In this document: positions 1 to 8,620 of the stretch, piece by piece
Position numbering within the stretch: position 1 is the first letter of the stretch
How the letters are laid out: each line of letters opens with the position of its first letter
Sequence record: NC_041878.1
Direction: 5' to 3' (one strand)
Length of the DNA: 64,000 nucleotides
The notes under the pieces: generated by a model
Seen by the model: the letters and a program-made list of their open reading frames with translations, nothing else
Told to the model about the DNA's origin: nothing
Database searches by the model: none
Program-made: the position numbers and the translations under genes

Positions 1-33
1 GGACAACGCATTTAAATTTATTCGGAGTTTGTA

Positions 34-336
34 ATGAAAGGTTTTGTTGTTTCGGTTATTCTTGCTGCTGCTTTTACTTGGGGAATTACTGCAATTATTG
101 GTTCAGTAAAGAGTACTGAGCATCAGAACGTTTATTATAATGTCGGACGAGTTGTATCGTTAGGTCAATGCAAAGATGGTACTTGTTCATATGGATATAC
201 AGATATGAACAATGAATTAAAATATGCAACTCTTAGTAGGCCAGTTAGCTTAGGCCAATTGGTCTATCAAGAGTGCTGGTACGAAGAAGCACAAGGGAAC
301 CAGTGCTACGTAGATTATACTCCCAGCAAAAACTAG
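34..336 (+). CDS. hypothetical membrane-anchored/secreted protein
   Basis: 100-aa ORF with GGAG RBS, N-terminal hydrophobic helix and four Cys. Confidence 0.7.
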   Translation: MKGFVVSVILAAAFTWGITAIIGSVKSTEHQNVYYNVGRVVSLGQCKDGTCSYGYTDMNNELKYATLSRPVSLGQLVYQECWYEEAQGNQCYVDYTPSKN

Positions 337-406
337 CAGTATTGCGGAGCATTAAATACTGTTAGGAAAACAAACGTGTTATACACACAAACAAAAAAGG
401 ATGTTT

Positions 407-1846
407 ATGAAAAAATATGTTCTTGACACAAACGTGATTCTTGGTGATCCTAATGCAGTCCTAGCATTTGAAGGAGCACATGTAATTCTTCCGTTTAAAG
501 TACTTGAAGAATTAGATTCCATAAAGAGTCGCAAAGTTGACATTAGTAGAGATGCACGTGTTGCTATTCGCAATATTAGTACAATTCTAGAGAATGCAAC
601 TCACGAAGAAATTTCTACTACTGGTGTTGAAATTTCAAAAACCCATCCACACATCAAAGGTGATACTCGTCTTTTTGTTCTAACTATTGAAGAACTAACA
701 GCAATTCATCATTTGGCAAATCCAGATCTTGGTGCACCAATTGTTGATGCTAAACTAGAAACTTTAATGAAAAGTACTGTACCGGATGATGAAATCATTC
801 TAGTTGCAAAACTATCTCAGTCAGTACTCGTAACTCGTGATATTAATATGCGTATTAAAGCACTAGCATATGGTGTTGAAGTACAAGATTACCGTCATGA
901 TATTACTATTGAAGATTCAGATTTGATTCATACTGGTCATCATCCAATTGAGGGTGATTTTTGGGAACACGCTGGAGACACTGTATATTCCAACCAGGAA
1001 GGTCAAAAACTAATTCAAATGATTCCTGAAGAAGTAATTAAACCATTCTTACCAGAAAATCTATGCATCGGTGATTATATCTATGATGAAGCAGATGGTC
1101 TGTTTGTGTTTGAAGGTTATATTTCACTTCTTGATGCTGATGATGACCGTGATTATTTGGGCTTCAGTGACGTAGGTCAGTCTAAAGCACTATCACGTAA
1201 AGTATGGGATATTAAAGCCAAGAACATTCAACAAGCGATGGCAATTAATAGTATCATGGACAAAGACGTACACATTACAGTACTTCTAGGTTCAGCAGGT
1301 ACAGGTAAAACTCTAATTACCGTTGCTACAGCACTTGAGCTAGTACTAGAGAAAAGAAAATATGATCGTATTATCTTCTCTAAAACTCAAGACTCACAAT
1401 TCGAAGAAATTGGTTTCTTACCAGGTTCTGAAATGGAAAAAGTAATGCCATTCTGTGGTGCTGCAATTGATGCCCTAGAATATCTACACAAAGATGATGC
1501 TAACCCACAAGGTTCAATTGAAGAAATTATGAAACGTAACATCTTCCAATTTAAAGCATTGAACTTTGTTCGTGGTCGTAGTTTCATTAACACAATTCTA
1601 ATTGTTGATGAATTCCAAAACATTACTCCTGCACAGGCGAAGACAATTCTAACTCGTGCTGGTGAGAACTGTAAAGTTATTATTATGGGTAACTTATCTC
1701 AGATCGATAACAAGTTCATCAGTCCAACCAACTCAGGTTTGACTTATGTTACTGAGAAGTTTAAAGATTGGGAAGGTTGCCGCATTATTGAACTAGAAGG
1801 TGTTGTTCGTTCACCACTAGCTGCATTCGCAGAAGAAAATCTATAA
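407..1846 (+). CDS. phoH: PhoH-family ATPase with N-terminal PIN domain
   Basis: N-terminal YVLDTNV PIN motif; Walker A GSAGTGKT; RGRSF and IVDEFQN PhoH motifs; start moved to ATG 407 (GGA RBS). Confidence 0.9.
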   Translation: MKKYVLDTNVILGDPNAVLAFEGAHVILPFKVLEELDSIKSRKVDISRDARVAIRNISTILENATHEEISTTGVEISKTHPHIKGDTRLFVLTIEELTAIHHLANPDLGAPIVDAKLETLMKSTVPDDEIILVAKLSQSVLVTRDINMRIKALAYGVEVQDYRHDITIEDSDLIHTGHHPIEGDFWEHAGDTVYSNQEGQKLIQMIPEEVIKPFLPENLCIGDYIYDEADGLFVFEGYISLLDADDDRDYLGFSDVGQSKALSRKVWDIKAKNIQQAMAINSIMDKDVHITVLLGSAGTGKTLITVATALELVLEKRKYDRIIFSKTQDSQFEEIGFLPGSEMEKVMPFCGAAIDALEYLHKDDANPQGSIEEIMKRNIFQFKALNFVRGRSFINTILIVDEFQNITPAQAKTILTRAGENCKVIIMGNLSQIDNKFISPTNSGLTYVTEKFKDWEGCRIIELEGVVRSPLAAFAEENL

Positions 1847-1855
1847 CAAACTTTT

Positions 1856-1880
1856 GGGGATACTTAGGTATCCCCTTTTT
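1856..1880 (+). terminator. intrinsic terminator
   Basis: GGGGATAC-TTAG-GTATCCCC followed by T5. Confidence 0.85.
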
Positions 1881-1893
1881 AATTGGATAATGT

Positions 1894-2076
1894 ATGAAAA
1901 TTTCATTCCATATTGAAGCTGACCCACAAGTAGGTGATGGTGAAGCAATCTTTTATAAACTGATTAAAGTACGCCAGTACTGGATTTTTAAATTCAAGAC
2001 TCAAATAGCTTATGGTCTTGAAAAAGAAATGCAAACTTTAGCAAATAATCTTACTAAAATTTATGGAACACCATAA
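1894..2076 (+). CDS. hypothetical protein
   Basis: 60-aa ORF with GGA RBS. Confidence 0.6.
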   Translation: MKISFHIEADPQVGDGEAIFYKLIKVRQYWIFKFKTQIAYGLEKEMQTLANNLTKIYGTP

Positions 2077-2092
2077 TTTTTTATGGTATAAT
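2064..2092 (+). promoter_or_regulatory. TGAAAC-class promoter (variant TGGAAC)
   Basis: TGGAAC-N17-TATAAT with extended TG; matches four other sites in the window. Confidence 0.65.
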
Positions 2093-2125
2093 GTACATAT
2101 TAATCGACAAATTGGCATTCATTTC

Positions 2126-2236
2126 TGGCCTTCTTGATTATAAACAACATAAATAGTTACATAATAATAAAAATATTTTTGACTCCATGTTGTTTATATT
2201 TCATTCTTTTTAAGGCCACGCAATGTGGCCTTTTTT
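2126..2236 (+). promoter_or_regulatory. putative attenuator leader (antiterminator/terminator)
   Basis: TGGCCTT (2126-2132) is complementary to AAGGCCA (2212-2218), the 5' arm of terminator AAGGCCAC-GCAAT-GTGGCCTT-T4; nested perfect 12-bp inverted repeat 2139-2150/2187-2198. Confidence 0.55.
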
Positions 2237-2250
2237 ATTGGAAAAATAAA

Positions 2251-2943
2251 ATGAACGACGAAAAAATGTTAGTAGTCAGTAAAATTTACGAATATTTCCA
2301 AGAGTTGGGTTTCCACAATATCGTCGTTTATGGCTCTTATATCGAGCAGATGCACGGTTTTGACGTGGTTCCGAACGATATTGATGTGACTATCATAATG
2401 GATGAAGAACCGCCTGAGAAGCGTCACAAGACGTTCTATTTGGGGTTCTGTGAACTACCTATTAACGTTGAATTCATGCATCGCAAATCATTTGAAGCTG
2501 AACTCAAATCAATGCAACCAAAGTACTTCATGTGTCTTAGTAACCCTGCTATTGCTAAAGATATTGATGTTGCCTTTATGAGTAAAGAACTTCATGAAGT
2601 ACGTTCATGTATCAGTTCCGTTTCATCGAAAGCCTTTGATAAAGGTAAAAAGAAACTTACTGTAGAAGATGATTATGATGAAGTACTTGGATTGAAAAAT
2701 ATATATCATGCTTTTAAATTCATCTATTACGCAAAATGGTTTTATTATCCTAATGCAAGTACTTCTAAAGAAGCAGATACATTGTACTTAAACGAAATCC
2801 ACAAAAACATATACGAAATTTACGAAAACAGTACCGGAACTCTTGACGAGCGATGCCAAACTGTGTTAAATTATGCGAAAGGCATGTATAACGCAGAAAT
2901 GACAGGCTTTCGAATTTTGTTTCCAAAACAGGTGAAAGAATGA
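2251..2943 (+). CDS. Pol-beta superfamily nucleotidyltransferase-like protein
   Basis: VYGS...NDID...V(E) motif near the N-terminus then a helical domain; start placed at ATG 2251 after the terminator. Confidence 0.6.
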   Translation: MNDEKMLVVSKIYEYFQELGFHNIVVYGSYIEQMHGFDVVPNDIDVTIIMDEEPPEKRHKTFYLGFCELPINVEFMHRKSFEAELKSMQPKYFMCLSNPAIAKDIDVAFMSKELHEVRSCISSVSSKAFDKGKKKLTVEDDYDEVLGLKNIYHAFKFIYYAKWFYYPNASTSKEADTLYLNEIHKNIYEIYENSTGTLDERCQTVLNYAKGMYNAEMTGFRILFPKQVKE

Positions 2944-3146
2944 CATTTTTTATAGTATTGGGTATGGTTGTATTGTTCGTCATTGGACTATTATTAATAG
3001 TCAGTAGTGTAGCGTCAGTAATGTTTATTGGTGCATTCTCTGGACGAGTGAGTTTTAGCGAATTTATTGTGGCATGTATTATGTTCGGTATAGGCGTAAT
3101 TGCATGGTACTTGGTGTTTTCAAATGTGTCTATTGGCATAGGATGA
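2940..3146 (+). CDS. small two-helix membrane protein
   Basis: 68 aa, almost wholly hydrophobic; ATGA overlap with upstream gene. Confidence 0.7.
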   Translation: MTFFIVLGMVVLFVIGLLLIVSSVASVMFIGAFSGRVSFSEFIVACIMFGIGVIAWYLVFSNVSIGIG

Positions 3147-3152
3147 TAATTA

Positions 3153-3302
3153 ATGGAAGTTCTTTTCGAATTACTGTTTGCACTAATTGAATGTCTTGTT
3201 GAAATGATGTGTATGGGTGCTAAAGGTCGCTGGATACTTCTTGTACTTCTGAGTATTGTAGCAGTTATCGGCTTTGGTGTGTGGACATATACTTATAAGT
3301 AA
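3153..3302 (+). CDS. small membrane protein (not in ORF track)
   Basis: 49-aa ORF MEVLFELLFALIECLVEMMCMGAKGRWILLVLLSIVAVIGFGVWTYTYK; GGA RBS. Confidence 0.6.
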   Translation: MEVLFELLFALIECLVEMMCMGAKGRWILLVLLSIVAVIGFGVWTYTYK

Positions 3303-3376
3303 GGAATAAAAATGAAAAAATTAACTAAAGGGCGTATGACTTTCTATTAAGGTACTTTAACTAATAGGAGGAACAT

Positions 3377-3922
3377 ATGTTCTTTGATCAAACTTTTAAA
3401 ATCTTCTTCGATAATGGAACCGTTGTTGAAACAGATGATCTTCTTTCATGGATTAAGCATAACTTTCCAGGCAGTGTAGAAGTTTTCTACTACCGCATGA
3501 AATGGGTTTGCAAATACGAGAAAGAAGCATTCTGGCAGTACGGTTACTATAACAAATGGGATACCAGTTTTTACGGCGAGGCATTTTATTTGTACACAAA
3601 GAACAACGTAATGGTTTCACCAGAGTTGTTCCGCAGTGAATACAAATCTAAAAACAATCGTGAATTCTGGAAACGTATTGAAAAACGCAATCGCGAATGG
3701 TTAAATCGTCCGTGGAGGCGTGGTCATAGTACTACTTATGATCGTAAAATGGAAACCATTGCAGAACGCCGTGCTGTTTCTGGTGTTGTAAAAGAAGAAG
3801 GTGAACCAGAATTTCGTGGTCGTCGTCGTAATCTTCCCAATCCGTGGGATGACATTATAGCACGTCGCAGTCTTTCATGGAAAGATTGTACTAAACGTAA
3901 ACGTCAACACAAAGGGAGCTAA
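3377..3922 (+). CDS. hypothetical phage protein, basic C-terminus
   Basis: AGGAGG RBS; C-terminal RRNLPNPWDD...SWK motif. Confidence 0.75.
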   Translation: MFFDQTFKIFFDNGTVVETDDLLSWIKHNFPGSVEVFYYRMKWVCKYEKEAFWQYGYYNKWDTSFYGEAFYLYTKNNVMVSPELFRSEYKSKNNREFWKRIEKRNREWLNRPWRRGHSTTYDRKMETIAERRAVSGVVKEEGEPEFRGRRRNLPNPWDDIIARRSLSWKDCTKRKRQHKGS

Positions 3923-3938
3923 GCTCCCTTTTCTTTTT
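3912..3938 (+). terminator. intrinsic terminator
   Basis: AAGGGAGC-TAA-GCTCCCTT plus T-rich tail; the stop codon forms the loop. Confidence 0.8.
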
Positions 3939-3948
3939 AGGATACTAA

Positions 3949-4791
3949 ATGAACTCTGAAAAACTAAGTCTAGCTCGTGAACTTCTTCTGCATATTGAAC
4001 CAGGGGAAGTAATTAGTACTCAAATCAATCATGTATATAATCAGCGTACTAATTATGATAAATTTCCAGGGGATGTAATTGCATGGCTTCATAACTCTAA
4101 ACTGCTAGTACTTGCAGATGTTATTTCAATTTCTCAAAATGCATCAATTGAAGTATTCAAAACTACAACTCTTGGTGAACAATTAGCCGAGTTTGCTAAT
4201 CTTGTAGATTGGTTCAATGAAGGTGTTTCTGGTGAAGAACAATTCTTAATTACTGGTTCAACTATTCATCGTGTGTTAGAACAATATAATGATTTAGAAG
4301 TAGAACCACTGGTAAAATTAGTCACAGCAGAAGAACAAGAAGCATATCAACATTATTATCGAATTGCTGCAATGAACGCTTTAAAGGGTCGTGTTGATAA
4401 TAAGTGCAAAGAGCCAGAAGATACTTTGAATATGGAAGATAGTTATGTTGTAGAAGTACTATCATCTGGTTTAGATAATATGTTTTGGTTAAGCAAATTT
4501 CTTGGCGATAAAGGTACAGATGAAACTCGTACCAATGATTATGTATTCAAGAAATGTATGGAAGAACTTGGTGAAATGGCACTGGAAGACCAAATTGCTA
4601 ATGGTCTGAGCTATAAAGATGCTGGTTCCGATGGCGTTGCTGGAGAAGCAGTTGATCTTGCAATTTGTGCGATGGATATGTTTGCATTGCAATTTCCTGG
4701 AAAATCGGATATGGAAATTCAATTTATGTTCTTAGAATATATGAATAAGAAATTACAAAAATGGCAACAAACTCTTAAACAAAGGATTTAA
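3949..4791 (+). CDS. protein with C-terminal MazG-like NTP pyrophosphohydrolase domain
   Basis: KCMEELGEMA...GEAVDLAICAMD acidic helix pattern of the MazG fold. Confidence 0.65.
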   Translation: MNSEKLSLARELLLHIEPGEVISTQINHVYNQRTNYDKFPGDVIAWLHNSKLLVLADVISISQNASIEVFKTTTLGEQLAEFANLVDWFNEGVSGEEQFLITGSTIHRVLEQYNDLEVEPLVKLVTAEEQEAYQHYYRIAAMNALKGRVDNKCKEPEDTLNMEDSYVVEVLSSGLDNMFWLSKFLGDKGTDETRTNDYVFKKCMEELGEMALEDQIANGLSYKDAGSDGVAGEAVDLAICAMDMFALQFPGKSDMEIQFMFLEYMNKKLQKWQQTLKQRI

Positions 4792-4792
4792 A

Positions 4793-5407
4793 ATGACAGA
4801 TCATGCAAAGACAAAAGCGTTAATGGACGTTATTGCAGAAATGAATAAACAAGATGCTAAATGGGGTGCTGACCGCAATCAACATCCTTTCTTGTGGCAA
4901 GTAATTTTAGGTGAAGAATTCGGTGAAGTTTGTCAAGCGATTCTTCATGATGAATTTGGTGGAGATCACGCTGGAACAGCACGAGAAGAATTGGTTCAAG
5001 TTGCTGCCGTAGCCTTGCAATTTATTGAGCAGTATGATAGACTTAACGAAGTTCAAAACAGCGAGACAAAAAATAAATTAGTAATTTTAGAATCTCCATT
5101 TGCAGCTACCAATGGATATACCGTGCAAGAGAATATTGAATATGCACGTAAATGTGTACGTCATTCTCTTTCATTAGGTGAAGCACCTATTGCGAGTCAT
5201 CTATTGTATACTCAGGATGGAATTCTTGATGACAATATTCCCGAAGAACGTCAATGGGGTATTGATGCAGGTTTAGCATGGAAAGAAGTTGCACACGGTT
5301 CTGTTGTTTATACTGATCGCGGTATTAGTAAAGGAATGGAATACGGTATCGCTGCTGCTATCGCTGCTGGCCTTACTGTTGAATATAGAAGTATTGAGGA
5401 AAAATAA
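4793..5407 (+). CDS. MazG-like domain fused to nucleoside 2-deoxyribosyltransferase-like domain
   Basis: LGEEFGEV...EELVQVAAVA MazG pattern; C-terminal VILESPF...PIASH...GISKGMEYGI Rossmann-like pattern. Confidence 0.6.
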   Translation: MTDHAKTKALMDVIAEMNKQDAKWGADRNQHPFLWQVILGEEFGEVCQAILHDEFGGDHAGTAREELVQVAAVALQFIEQYDRLNEVQNSETKNKLVILESPFAATNGYTVQENIEYARKCVRHSLSLGEAPIASHLLYTQDGILDDNIPEERQWGIDAGLAWKEVAHGSVVYTDRGISKGMEYGIAAAIAAGLTVEYRSIEEK

Positions 5408-5688
5408 TGAATATTCGTCCAGTGTATAATCACATCATTGCTAAGAAACATGTATATGAAGCAAAAAGTGCAGGTGGTATTTTACTAACTGCAAGTGGTG
5501 AAGATGAATCTACACATGCTGAAGTACTAGCAATTGGTCCAGCATTTAAATCCGATGTTAAAGTTGGTGATATTATCACTTATGAAGAAGGTGATAAACG
5601 AGTTCATTCTGAAAAGATTGATAATGAATATATTCTAATTATGCCTGAAGATTGCGTAATTGGTGTTGTTGAACAAAAATCAGAATAA
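5407..5688 (+). CDS. groES: GroES-like co-chaperonin
   Basis: IRPVYNHII, KSAGGILL mobile loop, EVLAIGP, VKVGD motifs. Confidence 0.85.
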   Translation: MNIRPVYNHIIAKKHVYEAKSAGGILLTASGEDESTHAEVLAIGPAFKSDVKVGDIITYEEGDKRVHSEKIDNEYILIMPEDCVIGVVEQKSE

Positions 5689-5697
5689 GGTAAAGAT

Positions 5698-6963
5698 ATG
5701 CATCCGGCATTAGTTGAATTACAAGAACGTGAATTAATCAATCAAAGTACTGATATTGAAGTACTGTCAAAACTACTTGACGAAGGTTCAGCAGTATATT
5801 GTGGTTTCGATCCTACTGCCGATTCTTTGCATATTGGTAGCTTACTACCACTGACTATCATGAACGTGTTTAAAAAACACGGCGTGAAAGTTATTGCACT
5901 TATTGGTGGTGCAACTGGTTCAATCGGTGATCCAAGCTTTAAATCTAATGAACGGCAAATGATGGATTGGGATACAATCGACCGCAATGTTGCTGGTGTT
6001 CATGCGGTAATTCGTGATGTTCTCGGTGAAGATGTTGAAATTGTCAACAATTATTCATGGTCTAAGGACATTAACATGCTTGATTTTTTACGTGATTACG
6101 GTAAATGTTTTACTGTTAATAACATGATTAATAAAGAATCAGTACGTTCTCGAATTGAACGAGATGACAAGGGTATTTCATTCACTGAATTTGCATACCA
6201 GATTCTTCAGGCAATGGATTTCGAACACTTATATGAAATGCGTAATTGTAAAATTCAAATTGGTGGTTCTGACCAATGGGGAAATATGATTGCAGGGATT
6301 GATTTGATTCACAAACTTCATGGTAATGATGCAGAATGTGGTGTTATTACAATTCCGCTGGTTACTAAAGCTGATGGTACTAAATTCGGTAAAACAGAAT
6401 CAGGTACTATCTGGTTAACAGAACAACGTACAACTCCGTACCATTTCTTCCAGTTCTGGCGTAATCTGGATGATGCTGAAATTCCAAAGTTGTACAAGTA
6501 CTTCAAACCATTTGGATTCAGTGTTGAAAGTATTGAATCAGAAATGAAAAATGGCGATCCAAATATCGTCAAATTACAATTTGCAATTGCTATGACAGTA
6601 CTGGTTCATGGTGATTATAAAGCAGATTTAGCACGTGATATTACTGACTTCTTACACGGTAAAAAAGAAATTACCGAAGAAGCAGTTGATATGATGATCA
6701 AGAGTGGATTTGAAGTTTCTGAAAGTACAGATAATCTTGAATTAGTTTCGTTGGTTGTCAGTACTGGATTAGCTGATTCCCGTAAAATGGCACGTGAGTT
6801 TATTAATAATGGTGCTGTAAAAATTAATGGTCGTAAAGTAAATGAGTTTTACGATACTGCAAATTGTGAATTTACAGAAGATGTAGATTTTGTAGATGCA
6901 AAACATTTTGTATTGCAGCGTGGTAAAAACACATATGTCGTTGTAAAAAATACAAGGCGTTAA
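5698..6963 (+). CDS. tyrS: tyrosyl-tRNA synthetase
   Basis: YCGFDPTADSLHIGS (HIGH), QIGGSDQWGN, KFGKT (KMSKS), C-terminal S4 domain. Confidence 0.97.
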   Translation: MHPALVELQERELINQSTDIEVLSKLLDEGSAVYCGFDPTADSLHIGSLLPLTIMNVFKKHGVKVIALIGGATGSIGDPSFKSNERQMMDWDTIDRNVAGVHAVIRDVLGEDVEIVNNYSWSKDINMLDFLRDYGKCFTVNNMINKESVRSRIERDDKGISFTEFAYQILQAMDFEHLYEMRNCKIQIGGSDQWGNMIAGIDLIHKLHGNDAECGVITIPLVTKADGTKFGKTESGTIWLTEQRTTPYHFFQFWRNLDDAEIPKLYKYFKPFGFSVESIESEMKNGDPNIVKLQFAIAMTVLVHGDYKADLARDITDFLHGKKEITEEAVDMMIKSGFEVSESTDNLELVSLVVSTGLADSRKMAREFINNGAVKINGRKVNEFYDTANCEFTEDVDFVDAKHFVLQRGKNTYVVVKNTRR

Positions 6964-6964
6964 T

Positions 6965-7171
6965 ATGAAGATTGTATACGCAATATTAATTGCATTACTT
7001 TTAACGTCATGTCGTACCGAAGACAAAGTTCAAAACATTGTACTGTACGGTAATAAAACACCTTACCCTGAAGTACTAAATGCTACTTTAAAATTAGATA
7101 ACAAAGAGTATTCTTGTACTAGTTTTGACGGAAAGCATGATCAACTTGTTTTCGTGTGTCGTAAGAAATAA
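6965..7171 (+). CDS. putative lipoprotein
   Basis: signal peptide with lipobox LLTS-C. Confidence 0.7.
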   Translation: MKIVYAILIALLLTSCRTEDKVQNIVLYGNKTPYPEVLNATLKLDNKEYSCTSFDGKHDQLVFVCRKK

Positions 7172-7176
7172 GACTT

Positions 7177-7295
7177 GAGAAATACAAAGCCGTGCATTCT
7201 GGCAAAAACCAGATTTAAGACCGTTTACGCTTCAACGCTAGTACTGGATACTCCCTACTCGTTAGACTACCAAATTCCAGGGCGTTGTATTTCTT
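7177..7295 (+). ncRNA. candidate structured intergenic RNA or leader
   Basis: closing stem AGAAATACAA/TTGTATTTCT; internal TCTGG/CCAGA hairpin; CAACGCT+CTGGA / TCCAG+GGCGTTG stem. Confidence 0.4.
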
Positions 7296-7316
7296 CTTAA
7301 TTGAGAGAGGAACAAT

Positions 7317-7958
7317 ATGAATATCGTAGAAAAGTACTACTGGATTACCCAACATCCAAAATACGTTCCGTTTGGTGATACGGCAATCATCGAAATTACC
7401 CCACATATGGTTTGTCCAGAAACAAATTGTATCGAAGATTTACAACTGTTGAATACGAAGCTCCGCTTTTGGGTTGAGTTGATGATTCCATTCTTCGATG
7501 AACAATTCAAACAACACTGTCATGCACATGATTACGAAGTTGATTGTGGTGGAGATACGTGGGAAGAAGCTGTAGAAAATCTGTACAAACTAGTACTGGA
7601 AAAGTACGGTGATTATACAGAAGAAGATATGGATAAGCACCGTGAAGAAGCAATGAAAGGTTTCGATTTAGAGAAATGGATTAAAACCGTAGATTCAATG
7701 GCGGCAGATAATCGAAAAACCGATGAAATTGTAATGCTACCAGATTATGAAATCGAACATATGAAACATGAAATCGAACATCTGGAAGTACTCGAAAAAG
7801 TACTGCAAAAGAAATTACAAGATGCATCATTAACAATGCAGGAATACAGTGATGTTCAATTGGAACTAACCTGTGTTGATCATGATTTATATGTAATGCG
7901 TGAAAGTGTTAAGCATGGATATGATGTAGAGAAGTACGGTCTAAGGAATGAAGATTGA
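7317..7958 (+). CDS. hypothetical protein
   Basis: GAGG RBS, 213 aa, acidic, C-terminal coiled coil. Confidence 0.8.
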   Translation: MNIVEKYYWITQHPKYVPFGDTAIIEITPHMVCPETNCIEDLQLLNTKLRFWVELMIPFFDEQFKQHCHAHDYEVDCGGDTWEEAVENLYKLVLEKYGDYTEEDMDKHREEAMKGFDLEKWIKTVDSMAADNRKTDEIVMLPDYEIEHMKHEIEHLEVLEKVLQKKLQDASLTMQEYSDVQLELTCVDHDLYVMRESVKHGYDVEKYGLRNED

Positions 7959-8313
7959 AAAACTGATCGGGATATTGCGTGAAATGCCCCAGCATCAGCA
8001 AGTGAAATGCACACGTAAGAAATACAAAATTATTGCTTGTGCATTAGATAGAAAAGGAAAAGTACTGGCGATGAGGACAAACGATTATGAATGTTCTCAT
8101 CCATTACAAAAACATTTCGCAGTACTTGTTGGAAAACCAGAAGCAATTTTTCTACATGCTGAAATCGCCACATTAATTGCCGCACGAAAAGAAGTTCATA
8201 AATTGCTGATAGCAAGGGTAGATAGAAATGGTAATCCACTATCAGCTAAACCTTGCCCTATTTGTGAAAAAGCAATAGAAGCCTTTGGAGTAAAAGAGAT
8301 TGAATATACCTAA
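7948..8313 (+). CDS. zinc-dependent cytidine/dCMP deaminase-like protein
   Basis: HAE and PCPIC zinc-binding motifs. Confidence 0.8.
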   Translation: MKIEKLIGILREMPQHQQVKCTRKKYKIIACALDRKGKVLAMRTNDYECSHPLQKHFAVLVGKPEAIFLHAEIATLIAARKEVHKLLIARVDRNGNPLSAKPCPICEKAIEAFGVKEIEYT

Positions 8314-8620
8314 TGAAGAATTTTTAGGTTCTATTATTAAGTACTATAATGGATTAAATTTCAAGAACAAATTCAATTTAAGTTCAGAAGAATACAAGTA
8401 CTTACGAAAGAAATATAAAGTTTATCGTTTAGTTCCACGTAATGAGCGTCTATGTTGGGTATGTGATAAACCAGGACTAAGTAAAAAATATCTAAGTTCA
8501 ACTATGTGTGATAAGTGCTACGATGCAAAAGTGAATAAGTACTATAAAAAGTATTATCATAGAATTATCACACCACAGCGTGTACCATTAATTTTCAATT
8601 TGAGGAACACCAATGCTTAA
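8300..8620 (+). CDS. hypothetical Zn-ribbon protein
   Basis: CWVC...CDKC. Confidence 0.6.
   Translation: MNIPNEEFLGSIIKYYNGLNFKNKFNLSSEEYKYLRKKYKVYRLVPRNERLCWVCDKPGLSKKYLSSTMCDKCYDAKVNKYYKKYYHRIITPQRVPLIFNLRNTNA

Noticed and set aside
2134-2250. N-terminal extension of the 2134-2943 ORF (and similar upstream TTG/ATG extensions at 27592, 30752, 37706, 38703, 51004)
   Set aside because: The extensions cross terminators or overlap upstream genes and lack RBSs; downstream ATGs fit gene spacing and, in most cases, an SD-like sequence better.
3949-5407. 2-aminoadenine (Z-genome) pathway suggested by MazG genes
   Set aside because: No PurZ or DatZ-like gene in the window; the MazG fold alone is not diagnostic.
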